Origin: a virus
Reading direction: 5' to 3' (one strand)
IMG/VR virus record: IMGVR_UViG_3300037104_000796
Coordinates: 98,359-162,358 of that record
DNA: 64,000 nucleotides
Positions 58,156 through 64,000 of the stretch are shown here, one piece after another (the first letter of the stretch is position 1; every line of letters starts with the position of its first letter). The position numbers and the translations under genes were made by a program. The notes beneath the pieces are model-generated. The model made no database searches. It had not been told where the DNA came from and saw nothing but the letters and a program-made list of their open reading frames with translations.

Positions 58156-59589
58156 TTAAAGAACCGCTTGTTTTTTCCTTTCCACAAGTATATGCTGGAG
58201 TGTATCTGCCTCTTTTTCAGCATCTAAAGATACTTTCTTTGCTTCTTTTCTTTGTTTATAATATTGAGTTAAGATTTCAGCTATAAGTGGTTCATACGAA
58301 GAATCAAAGACACTTCCACTTGCAGTTTTTATTTCATCTTTTGTTGGAATATGATTTTTATCTTTGAATTTAAAATTTTCTACTGAAAGTTTAAACTGTC
58401 TCATGATTGAAGGATAAAGAGACGCAAAGTCAAAAGATGCCACCCATTCATATAAGTTGGGATCGGGTTCGAAAACAAAAGCTCCTTCAAAACTTTCCCT
58501 TTCTTTACGATCTTCTCTTTTTGGAAAAACTTGTCCTCTTAAATATGCAAATCTCGTTAAAGTTGCTTCCAACATTTGAATTGGAGAAAATGCAGTCATA
58601 CCTTCAACTCTTGTGATATTTGCTAATCCTAAGAAAGTACCCATTGTTTTAAGTTTCGTATTTAACATGTGAACAATGACACTATCGATTCCACTGTAAT
58701 AAACAAATTGTGTATAATCTTTGTTATACAATTCTTGAAGTGTTCCTGGATATTTAACTTTATTAAGTCCTAATGCAGATTCTGCTACAAAATCTAATGT
58801 ATCATTTTCTTTTACTTCAACAGTTCTATCCCATTTCTGGTAGATTGCCATGTAGTCAACAATAAGTTTATGTTGAGGTAATTGAATATGCACATCTGAA
58901 TTTTTTTCTTTAATTTTAAAATCAAACCATTGTCCTGTTGGAGAAATCCATGAAACATCCATATTAAGTTTCTTACATCTATTCATAATGTATCTCCAAT
59001 CATATCCCCAAAAGTTCCAGCCCGAAATAAGTGGATTTGGTTTTACATAATTCATAAGAAAGTCATAAATCATATCTGCTTCATTCGCATGATATTTGTA
59101 AATGAATTGCCAAGTTTGTCCAAACTTTTTAACGTGTTCATTTATTTTATCTCCAATTTCACCACATTCTTGCCCTGTTAAAGGTTTACTTCCTAAAACT
59201 GTTATGTAAGGATATTGTGCAAATGAGATTGCAGTTATTCTATTTCTAGCATTATCAGGATCGGCAAAGCCTTCGTCCGTTACTTCTACTTCAATATCTG
59301 CTGCTGAGAAAATAGGCATATTCGGTTCAAACAGATGCTTTACGTTTTCTTCGCCAGCATCCATAAAGAATTCTTGAATACGATGTCTATTAATGAATTG
59401 TGTAGGTACTTTTCTAACGGGTCTAAAATCCCAAGATTGTAACCCTGGAATGCCTCTTCCTCTTTGATCATACATATAAATGTATTGATGATTTGAAGGA
59501 ATTGTTAATTGTGAAAATCCTAAAGTTCCATCTTTCTTTATGTATGATATGATAAGTTTGCCTTGCCTCTGTTCAATACTAATCACCAT
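58156..59589 (-). CDS. Family B DNA polymerase, N-terminal half (exonuclease and motif A)
   Basis: DIE (ExoI), GWNFWGYD (ExoII), YSGID (ExoIII), FEGAFV, SFDFASLYPS; ends after QRKEAKK. Confidence 0.93.
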   Translation of the reverse strand: MVISIEQRQGKLIISYIKKDGTLGFSQLTIPSNHQYIYMYDQRGRGIPGLQSWDFRPVRKVPTQFINRHRIQEFFMDAGEENVKHLFEPNMPIFSAADIEVEVTDEGFADPDNARNRITAISFAQYPYITVLGSKPLTGQECGEIGDKINEHVKKFGQTWQFIYKYHANEADMIYDFLMNYVKPNPLISGWNFWGYDWRYIMNRCKKLNMDVSWISPTGQWFDFKIKEKNSDVHIQLPQHKLIVDYMAIYQKWDRTVEVKENDTLDFVAESALGLNKVKYPGTLQELYNKDYTQFVYYSGIDSVIVHMLNTKLKTMGTFLGLANITRVEGMTAFSPIQMLEATLTRFAYLRGQVFPKREDRKERESFEGAFVFEPDPNLYEWVASFDFASLYPSIMRQFKLSVENFKFKDKNHIPTKDEIKTASGSVFDSSYEPLIAEILTQYYKQRKEAKKVSLDAEKEADTLQHILVERKKQAVL

Positions 59590-60307
59590 TTTTATACCTC
59601 CATTTAAATTTTTTGTGTGTATTTCTTTTTCCTTTTAAACAGGCACATATATTGGTGCCTAAAAATCCCGCATTACTTGCTGCATTAATTGATGGCCATT
59701 CATTAATTATATTATCATTTATATCTAATTGAATTATAGGTTTTGAATGTGCTAATGCCGTTTTTTCAATCCATTGTTTATATCGTTTAATTCCTTCATC
59801 TTCTCCATATATTTTAATCATTTCTGACTTAAGAGTTTTTCCTTTTCTATTTTTCTCTATATATGATATAAAATTACAGTTTTCTCCAGAATTTGTTCCT
59901 AAATGAGATTGCCTATTTTTTTCTTTAAATTCTGTAGATCGTTTTCTTCCTGTTAAAGTTTTACGTATTTTATTTATTACTTCTAATGTTGGAGAACCAC
60001 CTTCTCCACCCAAAGTCATATTATAACCATGTTCTTTTAAATATGTTTTGTCCTCTTTTATCCAATATTTTTCACGTTCACCTAAAATCTTTTTAAGTTG
60101 GTGATTATTTTCAGCAAAATGTTTTTCGATTATTTTCCACATAAAATTATCAAAACCATATTTTCTGATAGCGGTATAAAATAATGTTGTTTTTCCAGCA
60201 TAGGCATTTCTATAATGCGTTTGCTTACGATTATCAAAATTTAAACTAAACCCGTAATATTTTTTATTAGAGGGCGACGTCGCACAATAAATTATGCCTT
60301 CGATCAT
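59579..60307 (-). CDS. GIY-YIG homing endonuclease (NUMOD1 C-terminus)
   Basis: GIIYCATSPSNKKYYG, GYNMTLGGEG, EWPSINAA. Confidence 0.88.
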   Translation of the reverse strand: MIEGIIYCATSPSNKKYYGFSLNFDNRKQTHYRNAYAGKTTLFYTAIRKYGFDNFMWKIIEKHFAENNHQLKKILGEREKYWIKEDKTYLKEHGYNMTLGGEGGSPTLEVINKIRKTLTGRKRSTEFKEKNRQSHLGTNSGENCNFISYIEKNRKGKTLKSEMIKIYGEDEGIKRYKQWIEKTALAHSKPIIQLDINDNIINEWPSINAASNAGFLGTNICACLKGKRNTHKKFKWRYKNGD

Positions 60308-60323
60308 AATTGTACTTTTGTTT

Positions 60324-60351
60324 ATTATATAGGTTGAGACAACAAAAGTTC
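60324..60351 (-). promoter_or_regulatory. Middle-type promoter GAACT-N17-TATAAT for the HEG-polB operon
   Basis: gaact tttgttgtctcaaccta tataat. Confidence 0.6.
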
Positions 60352-60383
60352 AACTTTGAGTGTTAAACTTTGTTTAATGTTTT

Positions 60384-60794
60384 TTAAAGTTGTGCGTCGT
60401 ATAGCACTATTTCCGAGGAGAATTGAACAATGTTTTTCACCATATCTTCAATTGTATCAAAATGAAACATTGGAATTCCTTTTTCTTTGCAGAATGCTTC
60501 TTCCTGATCTGCCCCAGGACTTGGAATTTCTACACCGAAATTATCTTTTGGATGTAATCTGATGGCCATATCGCAATTTTCTAACCAAGGGAGATCGATT
60601 TCACCAACCCAATCAATATTAAGATTTACATCCATATCATCGTGTTGTTGATGCACAAAATAATGATAAACCGGCATATAAGGATTAAATCCTAACATTA
60701 ATAAATGATAGCAAGCATCCATTTGGAGTTGCACATTTTGTTCTTTATCACCACTTGTGAATGGTGAAGCGATGTAAATTTTTGTTTTCCTCAT
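60384..60794 (-). CDS. Nucleoside deoxyribosyltransferase-like protein (DUF4406/DUF1937-like)
   Basis: IYIASPF, WLENCD, SPGADQE..GIP. Confidence 0.7.
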   Translation of the reverse strand: MRKTKIYIASPFTSGDKEQNVQLQMDACYHLLMLGFNPYMPVYHYFVHQQHDDMDVNLNIDWVGEIDLPWLENCDMAIRLHPKDNFGVEIPSPGADQEEAFCKEKGIPMFHFDTIEDMVKNIVQFSSEIVLYDAQL

Positions 60795-60798
60795 GAAA

Positions 60799-61056
60799 TT
60801 AAGAGTTTAGCTGTATAGGTTTTTTATCAAGTTCTTCTAATATTATAACGCCTAATCCTTTAAGAGTTTCAAATGCTAATTTAACATTTGTGGGCGCATG
60901 TCCATAAGATGATTCGTTGTATTCCAATGTGACTTTAAGCATAGTTTGAAGTGCATATTGTGTTAAGCTATTATCAATTGAAAGTCCGCCAGGTAAATTT
61001 GCTTGACTGGCATACTTTATTGATAATTGTTGAAGTTTGTCAAGATCGATTTTCAT
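60799..61056 (-). CDS. Hypothetical protein (likely start MKIDLD)
   Basis: ORF in operon. Confidence 0.55.
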   Translation of the reverse strand: MKIDLDKLQQLSIKYASQANLPGGLSIDNSLTQYALQTMLKVTLEYNESSYGHAPTNVKLAFETLKGLGVIILEELDKKPIQLNS

Positions 61057-61066
61057 TTTTTTAAAT

Positions 61067-61582
61067 TTATTTTTGATTTGAAGAGCCAAATCCATCAGCT
61101 CCACGCGTGGTTGTTCTATCATAAAATGATGAGGGTATTAAATTTTCGAATATTTCTATTTCTGATGTAAATATTGGCGTTTCTAAAAATTGCAATATTT
61201 TTTGTCCCGGAATAATTTCGCATGATCCATGTCCTGTATAAATAAGACTTATGTGTATTTCTCCTTGATATTCATAGTCAACAACTTGAGCTCCAAATAT
61301 AAGACCTAATTTTGTAGCTACTCCTGATTTATTGCATGCTATTAATGCTCTGTCATGATCGAACATTTGACAATATATGCCTGAAGGAATTAGAACTCTT
61401 TGGCCCGGTTCAAGAACGATATTAAAATTTGAAATATAAACGTCAGGATTTTTAGCTTTAAGATCATTTACAAAATCAGATGTAAACTCGGGCACATAAA
61501 AATCAATACCCGCGTCAAAACGATTCGCGCGACTTGGAGATTTTACTACTCTTGTCTTTAAAAATTTAATTGTTGCTGCCAT
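61067..61582 (-). CDS. dut: dUTPase
   Basis: AGIDF, KSG, VVDYEYQGEI, KILQ and RGADGFGSS motifs. Confidence 0.93.
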   Translation of the reverse strand: MAATIKFLKTRVVKSPSRANRFDAGIDFYVPEFTSDFVNDLKAKNPDVYISNFNIVLEPGQRVLIPSGIYCQMFDHDRALIACNKSGVATKLGLIFGAQVVDYEYQGEIHISLIYTGHGSCEIIPGQKILQFLETPIFTSEIEIFENLIPSSFYDRTTTRGADGFGSSNQK

Positions 61583-61612
61583 ATAATTTACTTTATTGTT
61601 TAAATTGTAGTA

Positions 61613-61640
61613 ATTATATTGACAAAGAATTAAAAAGTTT
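61613..61640 (-). promoter_or_regulatory. Middle-type promoter AAACT-N17-TATAAT
   Basis: aaact ttttaattctttgtcaa tataat. Confidence 0.65.
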
Positions 61641-61858
61641 TAAGCGTCACATTCTAATTTTGATTTTTCGCTAAAAGCGATTGCTACAGCTTGTTTTTGA
61701 CCTTTTTTGGTTTTTGGAACTTTCTTATCTGATTTTCCTATGTGTTGATCACCTTCTTTCCAGTGATGCATAACTTTAGAAAATTTCTTTTCACCTTTGG
61801 ATGGTTTTTTGGCTTCGAATAAAAATTCGTCTAAATTTGTATTAACGAGGTTTTTCAT
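61640..61858 (-). CDS. Small basic DUF6496-like protein with acidic LxE propeptide
   Basis: MKNLVNTNLDEFLFE-AKK; KVMHHWKEG...KQAVAIAFSE. Confidence 0.65.
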   Translation of the reverse strand: MKNLVNTNLDEFLFEAKKPSKGEKKFSKVMHHWKEGDQHIGKSDKKVPKTKKGQKQAVAIAFSEKSKLECDA

Positions 61859-62072
61859 GATCAGTTTTATTTTTATTTTTTAAATATTGTTCACGAGTAA
61901 TATAATGTACGCCGCCGGGACGATTCTTATAGTGAATTACATCTGAACCGTGTTTATAGTGAATACCACCGGGTCTTGTTTTATATTTAGGTTTTATGTA
62001 TGTTAATTTTATTAAAACCGCAACAACAGCAATAAAAACACATACTAATATAATAAGAGTTTTAACAGTCAT
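61842..62072 (-). CDS. Small membrane protein with RPGGxHY repeats
   Basis: N-terminal TM; RPGGIHY / RPGGVHY. Confidence 0.55.
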   Translation of the reverse strand: MTVKTLIILVCVFIAVVAVLIKLTYIKPKYKTRPGGIHYKHGSDVIHYKNRPGGVHYITREQYLKNKNKTDHEKPR

Positions 62073-62077
62073 TTATT

Positions 62078-63205
62078 TTATTTATTTTCGTTTATCTTTT
62101 GAACAAATTCATCTAATGTAATTATTTGGTGTTCAAACTTTTGCTGCTTCATAGCATTTTGATTTCCTTTACTTTTCTTTTTCTTAAATGGAGTTGCAGC
62201 TCCAACTTTTTTAGCCATTGCCATTCCTAGTTTATCGTAAGGATTGATGTTATCTTCTTCAAGTTTTTTCTTTCTTTTCCTTTTGGCTTCTTGAGTATAA
62301 GGCTTTTTGTTGATTTTATTATCCCATCTATCTCCTGAACCAACTTTACCAGGGCCCGGAGGAACGGCACTACCCATTCCTGGCGTATTCATTGGTGTAG
62401 ACATTGGGGCACTAACGCCACCCATATCTTCTTTTACCAATTTATTTGGACTAAATTTGTTAAAATATTGTTTTGCGATCATAGATGTTATCCTTTCGTA
62501 TTCTTTTTTTAAATCTTTATACACTCGTGAATTTGGTCTTATTTCGTTCCCAAAAACATTTCGTTTAAGTCTTTTTGGTTTGGTTTGTAATTCACGCATT
62601 ATATTTTGATATTGCTTTTTTAGTTTTATTAAATCTGTCAATGATAAACCATTATAATCACTTACATGCCCTTCGACTAATCTTGTTTTAATACCTTGAA
62701 TACCTGCAGCTATTGCAATATTTTTAGGATCATCGTCAAAGAATACAACTTTATTATATTGTTTAGTCATTTTCGTAAGGATTTTTCGTTTTTCTTCAGA
62801 TATATCGATTTTTCCTGCATCATCACCTATAGTGATAATATGTTTCATATCAATATCTATACCATGTTGTTTAAGATACTCATATATAGCTGACTTAACA
62901 TGCATAGATCGTGCTGTAAGAATAAAAATAGTTGAATTGCTTTTGCCCGTTTTAATAGCATCGCTTATATTTTTCATTACAGGCCACATTTTATATCTTT
63001 TTGCATTTAGAATCATCTCATCATTCTTAAAATCTTTAAAATCAAATTTATCATGAGGACCATGTTTGTAAAAATTAAATTCTTTAGATGTCAATGATCG
63101 GTAGAAGGCACCGTTACGATAAACGTGGATTTTAGCTTCAGTTTTAACTAATGTTTCGTCAAAATCGAAACAATAAGCCTTTTGTTTTATTTTATTTGTT
63201 GTCAT
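62078..63205 (-). CDS. HAD-family phosphatase with low-complexity C-terminal extension
   Basis: FDFDETL, ILTAR and FFDDDPKN motifs. Confidence 0.8.
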   Translation of the reverse strand: MTTNKIKQKAYCFDFDETLVKTEAKIHVYRNGAFYRSLTSKEFNFYKHGPHDKFDFKDFKNDEMILNAKRYKMWPVMKNISDAIKTGKSNSTIFILTARSMHVKSAIYEYLKQHGIDIDMKHIITIGDDAGKIDISEEKRKILTKMTKQYNKVVFFDDDPKNIAIAAGIQGIKTRLVEGHVSDYNGLSLTDLIKLKKQYQNIMRELQTKPKRLKRNVFGNEIRPNSRVYKDLKKEYERITSMIAKQYFNKFSPNKLVKEDMGGVSAPMSTPMNTPGMGSAVPPGPGKVGSGDRWDNKINKKPYTQEAKRKRKKKLEEDNINPYDKLGMAMAKKVGAATPFKKKKSKGNQNAMKQQKFEHQIITLDEFVQKINENK

Positions 63206-63822
63206 ATCAGTACTGTCCAATTTTTATGGTGATTTCGTTTTCCTTTTATAACGGGCGTAAAACAATTTCCACCAGTATGTTCTCGTTGTGCTAAATCGAA
63301 TTTACAACCTTCGAATATTTCTCCTGTTTTTAAATTGTAAAATTTGTATATAGTAGAATCAAAATGTGAATTACTTTTTCCAACCCCACATTTTTTCTCT
63401 TTTTTGGTTTTTGACATATTTTCTCGTGATTCTTTTGTATGTTTAATTCCATACATACCGTTATTACATCCTTTAGCGATATTTCTTTCAATACGTACTT
63501 TACTCATTAATTTTTTAGATGCTTCTGAAAATATTTTTCTAATTCCACCTTCGCCACCATCAGTTAAATTATAGCCATTTGGGTATTTTGTATGTTTTTC
63601 ATTAATCCAGAAAATTTCTCTTTCTTCCCAATTAACATCATCACCTAATATTTCTAATATTTCTCGTTTAAAATTTTTACGACCGTATTTTTTTATTGCG
63701 CATTTAATTAATTGACCGCTGCCTAAATATCTATCCGTTTCTAAATTTTCAGTTGAATGATATCCGACATAGCATGTGTTGTTTATTAAATTTTTTGTTA
63801 AATAAATTATTTTAGAGCGCAT
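63202..63822 (-). CDS. GIY-YIG homing endonuclease
   Basis: IIYLTKNLINNTCYVG, YLGSG, PNGYNLTDGG. Confidence 0.9.
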   Translation of the reverse strand: MRSKIIYLTKNLINNTCYVGYHSTENLETDRYLGSGQLIKCAIKKYGRKNFKREILEILGDDVNWEEREIFWINEKHTKYPNGYNLTDGGEGGIRKIFSEASKKLMSKVRIERNIAKGCNNGMYGIKHTKESRENMSKTKKEKKCGVGKSNSHFDSTIYKFYNLKTGEIFEGCKFDLAQREHTGGNCFTPVIKGKRNHHKNWTVLI

Positions 63823-63851
63823 TATGTGTTTTATTTTATATATTCAAAACA

Positions 63852-63877
63852 AAAGGGACAGAATATTCTGTCCCTTT
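63852..63877 (-). terminator. Terminator hairpin
   Basis: Perfect palindrome aaagggacagaatattctgtcccttt. Confidence 0.75.
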
Positions 63878-63898
63878 GAGTTGTTATGTATTAAATTC

Positions 63899-64000
63899 TT
63901 AGTAAGATTCTTTAACTTCTTTATCTTCAACTTTGGTTTCATCTTTGTCGCCAATGCCTGAAAAATCGATTTCGTCATCGCCAACTTCTTCTTCACCTTC
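63899..64000 (-). CDS. Acidic C-terminus of a gene entering from the right
   Basis: EGEEEVGDDEIDFSGIGDKDETKVEDKEVKESY-stop. Confidence 0.6.
   Translation of the reverse strand, partial: EGEEEVGDDEIDFSGIGDKDETKVEDKEVKESY

Noticed and set aside
709-63574. Numerous short plus-strand ORFs antisense to long minus-strand genes (e.g. 2179, 4776, 14843, 28779, 34069, 43319, 62307)
   Set aside because: They are shadow frames of real genes with F/S/I-rich composition, alternative starts and no family motifs.
1-64000. Alternative genetic code (TAG/TGA reassignment) as in some Bacteroidota phages
   Set aside because: Conserved enzymes are full length under code 11, coding density is high, and TAG/TGA end genes at sensible positions.
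1-64000. tRNA, rRNA or large ncRNA genes
   Set aside because: Intergenic gaps are short and AT-rich, and no cloverleaf or T-loop/D-loop signature was recognised by eye.

Overview
AT-rich (roughly 30% GC by eye), densely coding, almost entirely minus-strand segment of a large T4-like (jumbo) phage genome. The host is probably a Bacteroidota species: there are no Shine-Dalgarno motifs, several promoters carry TATATTTG-type -7 boxes, and the window has Bacteroidota-style lipoproteins plus SiaC/DUF1987 and MauE/DoxX genes. Replication and nucleotide genes: a split family-B DNA polymerase (halves about 58 kb apart), sliding clamp, both type II topoisomerase subunits, a split NAD-dependent DNA ligase, PolX, a DenV-like glycosylase, class II RNR with an HNH intein, IMPDH/GMP reductase with a naturally split intein, and dUTPase. 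It also carries RNA/tRNA repair functions, a cell-envelope island and 12 free-standing homing-endonuclease-like genes. Main observations: (1) a family of unrelated proteins shares an N-terminal [LIVF]-x-E propeptide; 7 ORFs also carry 8 copies of a conserved E|KFTExSDPIxDMGIG leader, some internal to apparent polyproteins, which is a candidate virion packaging/ejection tag system; (2) a clean ~2.0 kb inversion bounded by 9-bp inverted repeats breaks both halves of a split RNA ligase and restores both reading frames when flipped; (3) three promoter classes and an 11-bp-spaced TTAAC repeat can be read directly from the intergenic DNA; (4) a MauE-thioredoxin gene paired with a 12-Cys lipopeptide, and a radical SAM gene paired with a Cys/Gly-tailed protein. 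Functional calls come from motif recognition only; no database searches were run.
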